A DNA stretch of 64,000 nt from an uncultured delta proteobacterium (GTDB lineage Bacteria > Desulfobacterota > Binatia > Binatales > Binataceae): assembly GCA_963842085.1 (NCBI GenBank), contig CAWJET010000001.1, positions 2,944,001-3,008,000 of the forward strand. Direction: 5' to 3'. A program made the translations under genes and the position numbers. The notes below the pieces were generated by a model that was given only the letters and a program-made list of their open reading frames with translations, searched no databases and was not told where the DNA came from. Positions 42,786 to 52,184 of this stretch are shown in pieces (the stretch's first letter is position 1; each line of letters starts with the position of its first letter).

Positions 42786-43517
42786 GTGTCGCTTTCCTTG
42801 ATTCGCGTCGCCTTTTTCGACGCCGCCGGCACGCTGTTCGAGGCGCGCGAGCCCATCGGACGCACCTACGCCCGCCTCGCGCGGCAATTCGGCCTCGACG
42901 CCCCCGAAGATGCTGTCGCTGCCAGTTTTCGCCGTGCTTTCGGTGCGGCGCCCGGCCTGGCCTTCGGACTGGGGCTTCGGCACGACGAGCTGCGCCGCCT
43001 CGAGCGCGAATGGTGGCGGCGCCGCGTCGGCGAGACGTTTGCCCCTTTGGGCAAATTTTCCGACTTCGACGCCAACTTCGACGCCCTGTTTGCCTACTTC
43101 GCCAACCCCGCTCATTGGATCGTCGATCTTGAAGCGGCGCCGACGCTGCAACGTCTAAAAGCTGATGGACTCAAACTGGGCGTGATCTCCAACTTCGACT
43201 ATCGCCTCTATCGAATTCTCGACGGTCTCGACCTGAGCCGTTACTTCGATTCGATTACCATTTCCTCCGAAGCCGGCTATGCCAAGCCGCGGCGCGAGGT
43301 TTACCAGGCCGCTCTCTCAGACACTGGCGCGTCCGCGCACGACGCGATGCATATCGGCGACTCGGAGGATCTCGATTTCGCGCCGGCGGCGGCGCTCGGG
43401 ATGGCCGCCGTGCTCATCGAACGCGGCGGGGATAAGCAGGCCGCGCCGTCAATTGCGGGCCGCAGGGCTAGAATACGCTCGCTCGCCAGCGTACCCGAGG
43501 TTGCACAGGTGTTTTGA
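42786..43517 (+). CDS. HAD-IA hydrolase (REG-2/HDHD3-like)
   Basis: FFDAAGTL, ISNFD, AKP, HIGDSEDLD. Confidence 0.88.
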   Translation: MSLSLIRVAFFDAAGTLFEAREPIGRTYARLARQFGLDAPEDAVAASFRRAFGAAPGLAFGLGLRHDELRRLEREWWRRRVGETFAPLGKFSDFDANFDALFAYFANPAHWIVDLEAAPTLQRLKADGLKLGVISNFDYRLYRILDGLDLSRYFDSITISSEAGYAKPRREVYQAALSDTGASAHDAMHIGDSEDLDFAPAAALGMAAVLIERGGDKQAAPSIAGRRARIRSLASVPEVAQVF

Positions 43518-43593
43518 CCAGCTTGACGTTATCGGTGCGTTATCCTTATCTAAAGCAGATTTTCCGGGGAACAGTAATTTGGGGATTAGACAA

Positions 43594-45984
43594 ATGAACC
43601 GTCCGTATTTTTCGCATCGCCTGATCGCGATGCTAACCGCGTTTTTCACGCTGGCTCTTACCGCCGGTATCGCCGCCGCGCAGGGTGCTGGACAGCTCGA
43701 GAGCGAGTTGTCGAGCGTCTCCGGCCAAATGTCGTCGGCCGAGAACAACGAAGCGACCGCCGACCAGGTGATCAACCACCTTGACGCCGCCGAGTCGACC
43801 TTCGCCAAGCTCACGTCGAGCGGCAAGGTGGACAAGGGCGCGCTGATTCCGCTCTACCGTCAGCTCGAGGGGATGCTCGATCGGATGCAGACGGTCTATT
43901 CGAAGAAGAAGGACGATTGCATCGCGCAGATCGACAACGGCGGGCAATGCGACTACGACAAGCCCGAGCAGTTCGCGTTGCGCGCCGCCTATCCGCTGGC
44001 CTGGCTGCGTTTCACAGCCGCGACCACGCTGTTCGACGATAACGCCGACCAATCCAAGAAACTGCTCAACGAGGCGATCGACGGCTTCACTGCCAGCATG
44101 CTGGCGATGCCCGATCCCAACCTGGTGCGCGAAAATACGCTGGGCCGCGCCTACTGCGAACGCGAGTTGGGCAAGTTCGATCACTCCCAATACGCACTCG
44201 CCGTCACCGACTTCAAGAAAATAATGGACGACGGCACCGGCACCCAGCAATACGCCGCCGCGCGCGAGGGACTCTCAACCACCTACGCCAAGATGGGTGA
44301 GGCCGATAAGGCCGCGGCTCTCCTCGGCGGGGCCAGCGCGAAAGTCGGCTCCGGCCAGTACATGCTTCAGTTGCAGACCCTGTTCAGCGCCGAACGTGCC
44401 ACCAGCGACCCCGTCAAGAAGGCCGCGTACCACAAGCAAATCATCGATCTGATGAAGTCCAAGGAGAACGACAAGGAAGGATGGGCGATCGACGTCGCCG
44501 CGGCGTCCAAGTTCCCGAGTAACGTCGTCGAGGAATTCGGCAACTCGAGCGATCCGTTCGAGAAATGGCTGCTCGCCAACGTTCTGCTGTCGCGCAAGGA
44601 CGAGGCCGGCGCCGCCAAGTACTATGCCGAGGCCGGCGCCAGCGGCAAGTACCCCAAGGCCTACAAGTTCGCCGCCGATATCTATCTGCGCGAGAAGCGC
44701 TACGACCTGGTCGAGGCGATGCTCAACAAGATTGCATCCAGCGGCGGCGGCGACGCCCAATGGGCCGAGTACGTGAGCTTCAGCCTGGCGCACAGCCGAT
44801 GGGAGCAGGGCGGTTCGAAGGATACCGCGCTGGAAGACCAGTGGGTTAAGAGCGCGCAGAACTATCTGCAGAAATATCCCAGTGGCGAGCACTCCGCCGA
44901 GATGCGCGTGCGGCTGGGCGACCGCCTCGAGCGGCAGAATAAATTCGCCGAAGCCGCCCAGATGTTTTCCGAGGCCAAGGGCGACCCCGAATTCGCCTTT
45001 ACCGCCAGGTTCAGAGCCGCGGAGTGCTACTACAAGGAACTCCAGAACGCCACCGCCAAGGACAACAAGGGCCCCAAGGTTGATACCGAGCAGCTGACAA
45101 AATTGGCGGTTGAAAATCTGAACGAGGCGATCAAGATGGCTCCGGAGGCGGAGCGGACCGCCCCCGGACCCGCCAAGAAGGCGGTTCGCGAGATTCACGG
45201 CGAAGCGGTCTATATGCTCGCCTCGATCATGGAAGAAGACCCGGAAAAAGTCGATTACGCGCAGGTCGCGCCGCTCCTTGCCGGCTACGAATCGCAATAT
45301 CCGACCATGAGCGGAAAGTTCCAGGACGTCGCCGAATGGCGCATCACGGCGCTCGATCATCTCGGCAAGTACGACGAGGTTAACAGCGATGTCGCCGCAC
45401 TGGTCGAACGCAGCAAGGGCAACGTCGCCAAGGGCGATTTCATCAAGGGACTCGGCATCGACTTCTGGAATGCCGCCAAAGAAGCCAAAGCCGGCGGCGA
45501 TCAGAAGGCATACCTCGCCAACGCGAAGCTGACCGAGACCGCCTACAGCTTTTTCGACGAGATGGTGGCGTCCGGTAAAATCCCGGTCAAGAATCTGACC
45601 GGCACCCTGTCAATCCTGGCGCAGGCTCAGCAGGCTTTGGGCCAGGAAGCCAAAGCTGAAACCATCTACAAGGAGGTCGTGAAGGCCGACCCGGCATCGC
45701 CGGATGCGAATGCAGGATTGGCCCGTATCGCGCAGTCCAAGAAGGACTGGAAGGATGCGGTGACGCTGTGGACCACCGTCGAGAGCACGGCAGCCGAGTC
45801 CGACCCGCTGTGGTACGAGGCCAAGTACAACATCGCGGTGGTTTACAACGAGCAGGGCAATACCCAGGGCGCGTGCAGCAAGCTGGCGCAGACGCGCGCC
45901 GAGCATCCTACCCTCGGTTCGCCCGTGATGAAGACGCAGTGGGACGCGCTGCAGCGCAGGATCTGCCTCGATCACCAGCGCTAG
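43594..45984 (+). CDS. Secreted TPR-repeat protein
   Basis: Signal peptide; all-alpha TPR-like repeats; C-terminal 'WYEAKYNIA..ACSKL....HP' resembling the CpoB/YbgF TPR end. Confidence 0.75.
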   Translation: MNRPYFSHRLIAMLTAFFTLALTAGIAAAQGAGQLESELSSVSGQMSSAENNEATADQVINHLDAAESTFAKLTSSGKVDKGALIPLYRQLEGMLDRMQTVYSKKKDDCIAQIDNGGQCDYDKPEQFALRAAYPLAWLRFTAATTLFDDNADQSKKLLNEAIDGFTASMLAMPDPNLVRENTLGRAYCERELGKFDHSQYALAVTDFKKIMDDGTGTQQYAAAREGLSTTYAKMGEADKAAALLGGASAKVGSGQYMLQLQTLFSAERATSDPVKKAAYHKQIIDLMKSKENDKEGWAIDVAAASKFPSNVVEEFGNSSDPFEKWLLANVLLSRKDEAGAAKYYAEAGASGKYPKAYKFAADIYLREKRYDLVEAMLNKIASSGGGDAQWAEYVSFSLAHSRWEQGGSKDTALEDQWVKSAQNYLQKYPSGEHSAEMRVRLGDRLERQNKFAEAAQMFSEAKGDPEFAFTARFRAAECYYKELQNATAKDNKGPKVDTEQLTKLAVENLNEAIKMAPEAERTAPGPAKKAVREIHGEAVYMLASIMEEDPEKVDYAQVAPLLAGYESQYPTMSGKFQDVAEWRITALDHLGKYDEVNSDVAALVERSKGNVAKGDFIKGLGIDFWNAAKEAKAGGDQKAYLANAKLTETAYSFFDEMVASGKIPVKNLTGTLSILAQAQQALGQEAKAETIYKEVVKADPASPDANAGLARIAQSKKDWKDAVTLWTTVESTAAESDPLWYEAKYNIAVVYNEQGNTQGACSKLAQTRAEHPTLGSPVMKTQWDALQRRICLDHQR

Positions 45985-45991
45985 CGCCGCG

Positions 45992-46396
45992 ATGCTCAAG
46001 AAGATTCATCACGTCGGCGTGGTCGTGCCGAGTCTCGACGCGGGCTTGAGATTCTGGCGCGACACGCTCGGACTGCATTTCACCAGGAGCGCCACGATTG
46101 AAGAGCAGGGCGTCCGCGCGGCTTTGCTCAAGGCCGGCGACAGCGAGATCGAACTGCTCGAGCCACTCGACGCCGGCAACGCGGTCGGCAAGTTTCTGGC
46201 GCGGCGCGGCGGCGGCCTGCATCACGTATGCTTCCAGACCGACGACGTCGCACGCGAGCTAGAGGCGGCGCGCGGCAAGGGAATCCAGCTGATCGATCAG
46301 AAGCCGCGCCACGGCCTGGCGGGCATGATCTGCTTTCTGCATCCCAAGGCCACGCGCGGCGTGCTGGTCGAGTACGCTCAGCCGCCCGCCGAGTAA
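45992..46396 (+). CDS. mce: Methylmalonyl-CoA epimerase
   Basis: IHHVGVVV, EIELLEP, KFLARRGGGLHHVCF, FLHPKATRGVLVE. Confidence 0.88.
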   Translation: MLKKIHHVGVVVPSLDAGLRFWRDTLGLHFTRSATIEEQGVRAALLKAGDSEIELLEPLDAGNAVGKFLARRGGGLHHVCFQTDDVARELEAARGKGIQLIDQKPRHGLAGMICFLHPKATRGVLVEYAQPPAE

Positions 46397-46404
46397 AGGA
46401 ACGC

Positions 46405-46659
46405 ATGCCGATCTACGAATACCGATGTGCCCACTGCGACCGCTCGTTCGAGGCGTTCGTGCGCCCCGGCGACGGCGGCGCGCAATGCCCGGATTGTCAT
46501 GGGTCCAGGCTGACGCGCGAGATGTCGACGTTTGCGGCGCGCGCCGGCAACGGCGACACCGCCGCTGCGGTCGCGTCCGCGATGGCCCATTCGGGCGCAT
46601 CGACCGGCGGCAGATTCTCAGGCGGCGGATGCTGCGGCGGCGCCTGCGGCTGCCACTAG
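46405..46659 (+). CDS. FmdB-family zinc-ribbon protein
   Basis: MPIYEYRCAHC..CPDC..; C-terminal GGCCGGACGCH; AAGGA RBS. Confidence 0.85.
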   Translation: MPIYEYRCAHCDRSFEAFVRPGDGGAQCPDCHGSRLTREMSTFAARAGNGDTAAAVASAMAHSGASTGGRFSGGGCCGGACGCH

Positions 46660-46713
46660 CATCTCCCCTGTCATTCAGACCGCTGCAGGTGCCTGTCCGG
46701 CTATCTTAGTTCA

Positions 46714-46950
46714 GGGATGAACTGTTCAGCCTGCCCGCGCCGCTTACTTGCGTGCTATTCGATCAACCATGGCCAGCAGTCATGGATGTTCGAAGTCACC
46801 GAGCGCGCCTAATCTCAGCAGAGACGACTCGACGTCGTTCGTCCGCCCTCCGAAAATTAAATTTGACGGAACGAACCCACCGATGGTGGTCGTTCGTCGC
46901 CAAACCACGACTAATGGTATAAATTGCCTGTTTGCGGCCGATCGAACATT
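46714..46950 (+). repeat. Family B dispersed element, copy 3
   Basis: GGGATGAACTGTTCAGCCTG...CGTGCTA...TTTGACGGAACGAACCCACCGATGGTGGTCGTTCGTCGCCAAACCAC...GGTATAAATTG. Confidence 0.75.
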
Positions 46951-46999
46951 CCGAATTTGGCCCAAATGCCTACAGATTCGACCACAAAACCCGCCCGAC

Positions 47000-48166
47000 T
47001 CAGCTCTCCCTGCGCGCTTCGAACTCCTTCTTCGCCGACGCGAGCAGCTCAGGCTCCGCCAGCAGGTCGTACCCCGTCATCGCCATCGCCTTCGCCACCC
47101 GGATCATCGCGTCGTAGCCGCGCTGCGAGTCGGCGTGCGCGACGAACGCGTCTTCGTGGCAGTTGCCTTCGCCGTGGCGCGCAATCGCAAACGACGGATG
47201 TATCGCCGGCATCACGTGACTGACGTCGCCCATGTCGGTGCTGCCGGTGGGCGTGTTCTCAGGCGCCTCGACGGACTTTGCGCCGAGCGCTTCGCTGTGC
47301 GCGGCGTATCGATGCGCCATGCTCAGATTGTTGATCAGATTTTTGTAGCCGCCTTCGACCACGTGCTCGACGCGCGTCCCGGTCGCCATCGCGGCGCCCT
47401 CGGCGCATCGGACCACCCGCTCGCCGATTTCTTTCGCGTAGCGGCTGGTCTTGGCGCGGGCCAGGAACAGGCACTCGGTCCGCTCCGGGATGATATTAAC
47501 CGCCTGGCCGCCGTTGGTGATGATGCCGTGGATGCGCGAGCCGTCGCGCAGGTGCAGTCGCATCGCATCGACGCTCTGGAAAGTCTGGATCACCGCGGCC
47601 AGCGCGCTCGATCCGTCCCATGGCGCCAGCGCCGCATGTGCGCCGTGCCCATGAAACGTCAGCTTGAGATGCTGCGTGGCGAGCGCGGGCATCGTGCAGA
47701 ATTCCGCGTCGGTCGGATGCGCCATCATGGCCGCATCGACGCCGCGCAGCGCGCCCTTGTCGAGCAGGATTATTTTTCCGCCGCCGCCTTCCTCGGCCGG
47801 AGTGCCGAGAAAAACAACTCGTCCCGGAAGTTGGCTCGCGATGCTCTTCAAGCCCGCCACAGCGCTGAGCGCCGCACCGGCGATCAGGTTGTGCCCGCAC
47901 GAATGTCCGTTAGGCAGCGCGTCGTACTCGGCGAGAATCGCGACCGCCGGACCCTTGGTGCCGAACTCCGCGCGAAACGCGGTCTTGAGTCCGCCGACTT
48001 CGCGCTCGACCGCGAGCCCCAGTTCAGTCGCGGCCCTGGTCAGGATGCCGGCGGCGAAGTGCTCCTGAAACCTGAGCTCGGGATGCTCGTGGATTTCGTG
48101 GCTGAGCGCGACCACCTTCTCGCGGTAATTGTCGATCGCGCGTGCTATTTCGGCATGAGCGTCCAT
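47000..48166 (-). CDS. M20 family amidohydrolase (PM20D2/AbgB-like)
   Basis: HPELRFQE, AEYDAL..HSCGHN, GTPAEEGGGGK, GSTDMGDVS. Confidence 0.9.
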   Translation of the reverse strand: MDAHAEIARAIDNYREKVVALSHEIHEHPELRFQEHFAAGILTRAATELGLAVEREVGGLKTAFRAEFGTKGPAVAILAEYDALPNGHSCGHNLIAGAALSAVAGLKSIASQLPGRVVFLGTPAEEGGGGKIILLDKGALRGVDAAMMAHPTDAEFCTMPALATQHLKLTFHGHGAHAALAPWDGSSALAAVIQTFQSVDAMRLHLRDGSRIHGIITNGGQAVNIIPERTECLFLARAKTSRYAKEIGERVVRCAEGAAMATGTRVEHVVEGGYKNLINNLSMAHRYAAHSEALGAKSVEAPENTPTGSTDMGDVSHVMPAIHPSFAIARHGEGNCHEDAFVAHADSQRGYDAMIRVAKAMAMTGYDLLAEPELLASAKKEFEARRES

Positions 48167-48304
48167 CGCAGTGCTCCTCTCGATGCGGTCAGCATTGTGA
48201 GTAGCACCGACGACTCGGACTATCCAACGCTGCTCTCCGACGCATCCCGCAGCGCGAAGCCCGTGCGCATCACCTGTGCCGCGCGCCAGGCATCGTCGCT
48301 CATG

Positions 48305-49525
48305 CTAGGGGCGGACGCGCGTCAGCGGCTGCAGCGTCATTTCCGGCACCGGCTCGCCTTTCTCGACCTTATGCTGCGCGTAGTCCTGCATCGCGGTTAT
48401 GATTCCCGCCACCGCTTTGCCGAACATCAGGTCGCGATTCTCGCGCGCCCAGTCATTCGAGTACTTCACCCCCGCGGCGACCTGGCCCTGAAACTGCGGT
48501 GCGACGTAGCGTGCGAACAGCTCGTACGAGTGCAGCGTCTTTTCGCGCGTGGTCCATTCGTGCGCGAGCCCGAGGATGCCGCCGAAGCCGCCGGTCGCCT
48601 GCTGCAGTTCCTTGATCCTCGCGATCGCGTCGTCGGGCGTGCCGACGATAATTCCGCCGCGCCCGTTCATCCGATCGATGTTCATCTCCTCGAGCGGCTG
48701 ATTCGGATATTCCTCGAACTGCACGCGCGTGCCGAGGGTGTCGATGAAGTACTCGCGAATCCAGCGGTTGGCGCCGTCGCGAATATCGTTCATCGCATCC
48801 TCGCGCGTCTCGGCGAGATGAATCGGGAAAACCATCCGCCAGTTCTTGCGGTCAACGGTCTTGCCGTTTTCGGCCGCCGACTCTTCCGCCATCGCCCAGC
48901 GCTTCGTCAGATCGTCCAGGCCGCCCGGCGCGTACGAGGCGACCGACAGCACGCCGCATCCGAGCTGTCCCGCCGCCACCATCCCCGACGGCGACACTGT
49001 GCTCGCGACGAAGATCGGCATGTGCGGCTGCTGGAACGGTTTCACCTGCAGGTGCGCATCGACCAGCTTGAAGTACGAGCCGTCGATCGAAATTTTGCCC
49101 TGCTCGGTGAACAGGCGAAGGATCGCCTGGACGCCCTCGACCATCCGCTTGCGCTGCGTGGTCGTTTCGATGCCGAGCATGTGCGCGTCGGCGGCCAGCG
49201 CGCCGGGACCGCATCCGAGCATCACGCGGCCATGAGTCAGTTGGTCCAGCAGGGCGAAGCGGTTGGCGACGTTGAACGGGTGATGGTACGGGATGCTGAC
49301 GACGCCGGAGCCCAGCATGATGCGCCGGGTGCGCGTCGCGGCTACCGCCATGAAAATTTCAGGCGACGAGATTATTTCCCATCCCGACGAATGATGCTCG
49401 CCGATAAACGCCTCGTCGAAGCCGAGCTGGTCGAGCCATTCGATCAACTGCATGTCGCGCTCAAAGCAGAGTGTTGGGTTTTCACCGACGCGGTGGAACG
49501 GGGCCATGAAAATTCCGAACTTCAT
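48305..49525 (-). CDS. LLM-class flavin-dependent oxidoreductase (LimB-like)
   Basis: MKFGIFMAPFH, GEHHSSGWE, SIPYHHP, SYELFARYVAPQFQG. Confidence 0.88.
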   Translation of the reverse strand: MKFGIFMAPFHRVGENPTLCFERDMQLIEWLDQLGFDEAFIGEHHSSGWEIISSPEIFMAVAATRTRRIMLGSGVVSIPYHHPFNVANRFALLDQLTHGRVMLGCGPGALAADAHMLGIETTTQRKRMVEGVQAILRLFTEQGKISIDGSYFKLVDAHLQVKPFQQPHMPIFVASTVSPSGMVAAGQLGCGVLSVASYAPGGLDDLTKRWAMAEESAAENGKTVDRKNWRMVFPIHLAETREDAMNDIRDGANRWIREYFIDTLGTRVQFEEYPNQPLEEMNIDRMNGRGGIIVGTPDDAIARIKELQQATGGFGGILGLAHEWTTREKTLHSYELFARYVAPQFQGQVAAGVKYSNDWARENRDLMFGKAVAGIITAMQDYAQHKVEKGEPVPEMTLQPLTRVRP

Positions 49526-49841
49526 CGCTTCTCCTTGGATGAGCGGGGTCTGAAAGCGGCGCCTTGAGCTACGGCAGACTTATCACGTTACGACGAAATC
49601 GGAACGTGAAACAAGAAACCCGCGACCGTGAATTAAACGATCGTTCAGCAAAAATGTTGATGCAAATTGGCATGAAATTCGGCAAGCGCTTCGTCTCTGA
49701 AACGTTGATTGCGCGAATTCGTCAAGAGTAACAGAGGATCGGAGATCAACATCCCGGAAAAACTGAGCGGCTTGCCCAACGAAGGAGCAAATAGGATCAT
49801 AATATAAGAACGCCGCTGCTGCGGCGGAGTGTTGGATCGCG

Positions 49842-51029
49842 ATGACTAAGATTCCTGGAATAGCGCGCAACTCGATTTCCGTGCTCACGGCCGCGGCGGT
49901 TGCGCTGGCGATAATAGTCGGCGGAGTTATACCAGCCGCGGCGCAGCAGGGTTCGTCGGCTCCTCAGTCGCTCCTCATACCCCAGAGTCAGCGCAAGGAA
50001 ACCTCGACACTCGAGCTGCCGTCGATGCCTGCGAAGCAGGGCGCCGACTCGCTCAACATCCCGCCACAGGCTCCACAGACCGGCCAGGAGCTGGTGCTGC
50101 CCACCCGCGAGTTGCGCCAGCAGCCGGGCTACGAACAAGTCACGGTGACGGTGACCGAGCCGAGCGGCACCTACGTCACCGGGTTGCAAAAAAGCGATTT
50201 CAAACTCTACATGGACGGGCAGCAGCGTCCGATAGAATTCTTTCGCCAGGACCTGAACACTCCCGTCTCGGTCGGCATCCTGGTGGACACCTCGGGCAGC
50301 ATGACGCCCAAGATTCCGCAGGCGCGCGCCGCGATCGCGGAGTTCCTGCGCGATCTGAATGACAAGGACGACGTGTTCCTGTTCGCGTTCTCCAGCCATC
50401 CGTTCCTGCTCCAGCCGTTCACGACCAATCACGATCTCGTGATGCGCCGGCTCGCATTGCTGCACGCCTACGGGCAGACGGCCTTGTTCGACGTGATCAT
50501 GCAGGGGCTGCAGATGGTGCAGCGCGGGCGCTACGACAAAAAAGCGCTGCTGGTCGTCACCGACGGCATGGACAACACCAGCGCGGCGACAGTGAATGAC
50601 GTGGTCGCCCAGGCGCGGCGCATGGGCGTGCTGGTGTACTCGATTGGCATCGGCGATCCCAACGGCGGCAGCGGTGGAGTTTCCGTCTCGATCGGTCCGT
50701 TCGTGCTGGGCGGCGACGACAGCGAGCACGTTGACGCCGAGACCCTGCACACGCTGTCGACCGAAACCGGCGCCAAGACCTACATCATCCGCGAAGCCGG
50801 GGACGGAGAGGCGCTGCGTCGCGCGTGCGAGAACATCAGTCTCGAACTGCGCGAGCAATACACAATTGGATTTCTGGCGCCTGATCCCACCGCCGGCGGA
50901 TACCGCAGCCTGAGAGTGGACGTTCCCGGCAAAGAGGGAGCGGACGTTCGCGTCCGCAAGGGAATCGAAGTCGGCGCGGCCGGCTCGACCGCGCCCGCGC
51001 TCGATCCGTCGGTCGCCGGCGGGCCCTGA
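49842..51029 (+). CDS. Secreted VWA-domain protein (acidobacterial VWFA-like)
   Basis: Signal peptide; VDTSGSM MIDAS motif, TALFD, VTDGMD, ELREQYTIGF. Confidence 0.85.
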   Translation: MTKIPGIARNSISVLTAAAVALAIIVGGVIPAAAQQGSSAPQSLLIPQSQRKETSTLELPSMPAKQGADSLNIPPQAPQTGQELVLPTRELRQQPGYEQVTVTVTEPSGTYVTGLQKSDFKLYMDGQQRPIEFFRQDLNTPVSVGILVDTSGSMTPKIPQARAAIAEFLRDLNDKDDVFLFAFSSHPFLLQPFTTNHDLVMRRLALLHAYGQTALFDVIMQGLQMVQRGRYDKKALLVVTDGMDNTSAATVNDVVAQARRMGVLVYSIGIGDPNGGSGGVSVSIGPFVLGGDDSEHVDAETLHTLSTETGAKTYIIREAGDGEALRRACENISLELREQYTIGFLAPDPTAGGYRSLRVDVPGKEGADVRVRKGIEVGAAGSTAPALDPSVAGGP

Positions 51030-51044
51030 TTCGACAGCGGCCCG

Positions 51045-52181
51045 CTATTGCCGCGGCGCCTGTACCGGGCGCACGATTTCGCCCTCGCGCGCGGTCTGCC
51101 CCAGGTTCAGCGCTACCATCTCATTGCCCGTCAGCCCCTCGACGATCTGGCACTTCATTCCATCGTCGAAGCCAAGCGTGACCGGCTCGAGATGAATGCG
51201 GTTGGCGTTCACGATCGGAACGAAGATCTTGTCGCCGTTGAAAATCAACGCTTCGTCCGGCACCAGCGGCGCCGACGAATTTCCCGTCAGCGAAATCTTC
51301 ACGTGCGCGTACATTCCCGGCAGCAACAGCAAGTCGTTGTTGGGTAGATCGACTTCGACCAGCATCGTGCGTGTCTGCGACGTGAGCGCGCTCGGATGGC
51401 GCGTGACAGTCCCGGTGAACTGCTTGCGGGGAAGCTGCGTGATCGTGACGACGGCCGGGTCGCCATCGTTGATGAACGCGGCGTCGTCCTGCGCCATCTG
51501 CAGATAGACGCGCACCGGCTTGAGCGTCGCCATCGAATAGATCGGCTGGGTCGAGGTCGCCGTGGCAGTCGCCGACCCGATCAGCGCTCCCGGATCGACA
51601 TTGCGCTCCGTGATCACGCCGTCGTACGGCGACACCACGCGCTCGTAGGCCTGCTGCGCCCGCAGCGACGCCCACGCCGCGCGCGCTTCGAGCATCGCCG
51701 CATGCGACTCGTCGGCGGTCTGCTGCGGAATTACCTGCTGACGAAGCAGAGCTTGATTGCGCCGATCGGTGATCGCGTTGATCTCGTAAGTCGCCTTGGC
51801 GTCGTTCACCTGATGGTCCAGTTCGGGCGATTCCAGCACCGCGAGCAACTGCCCCTTCTTCACCACCGCCCCCTTGTCCACCAGCATCGTCTTCACGTAG
51901 CCGGGAATCTTCGCGTAGATCGGGCTCTCGAAATAGCCGTGAACATCGCCGGGCAGCGACAGCATCCGCTTTTCCGCCGAATGCGACAGCGGCACCACGA
52001 TGACTGTCGGTCCCTCCTGCTCCTGCTCTTCGAGCACGCTGGTCTGGCGGCGAATCCATACGTCTCGCGCGAGCACCAGGCCGCCCAGTGCGATCAGCAC
52101 GACGACTACCGCGCCGATCCATCCGACAATGAACAGCGGTCCCGATTTGATTGCCGCCGATTTCGGATTCTCACCCGCCAT
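51045..52181 (-). CDS. RND efflux periplasmic adaptor subunit
   Basis: IYAKIPGYV..VDKGAVVKKGQLL, SPYDGVIT, LLPGMY. Confidence 0.9.
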   Translation of the reverse strand: MAGENPKSAAIKSGPLFIVGWIGAVVVVLIALGGLVLARDVWIRRQTSVLEEQEQEGPTVIVVPLSHSAEKRMLSLPGDVHGYFESPIYAKIPGYVKTMLVDKGAVVKKGQLLAVLESPELDHQVNDAKATYEINAITDRRNQALLRQQVIPQQTADESHAAMLEARAAWASLRAQQAYERVVSPYDGVITERNVDPGALIGSATATATSTQPIYSMATLKPVRVYLQMAQDDAAFINDGDPAVVTITQLPRKQFTGTVTRHPSALTSQTRTMLVEVDLPNNDLLLLPGMYAHVKISLTGNSSAPLVPDEALIFNGDKIFVPIVNANRIHLEPVTLGFDDGMKCQIVEGLTGNEMVALNLGQTAREGEIVRPVQAPRQ

Positions 52182-52184
52182 GCT

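Noticed and set aside
46748-49567. 939-aa + strand ORF beginning in family B copy 3
   Set aside because: Runs antisense through two well-supported genes (M20 and LLM) that happen to share a frame; no recognisable domains
49668-49685. TGGCATGAAATTCGGCA as a sigma54 promoter
   Set aside because: GG-to-GC spacing is 11 rather than 10, and TTGC is absent
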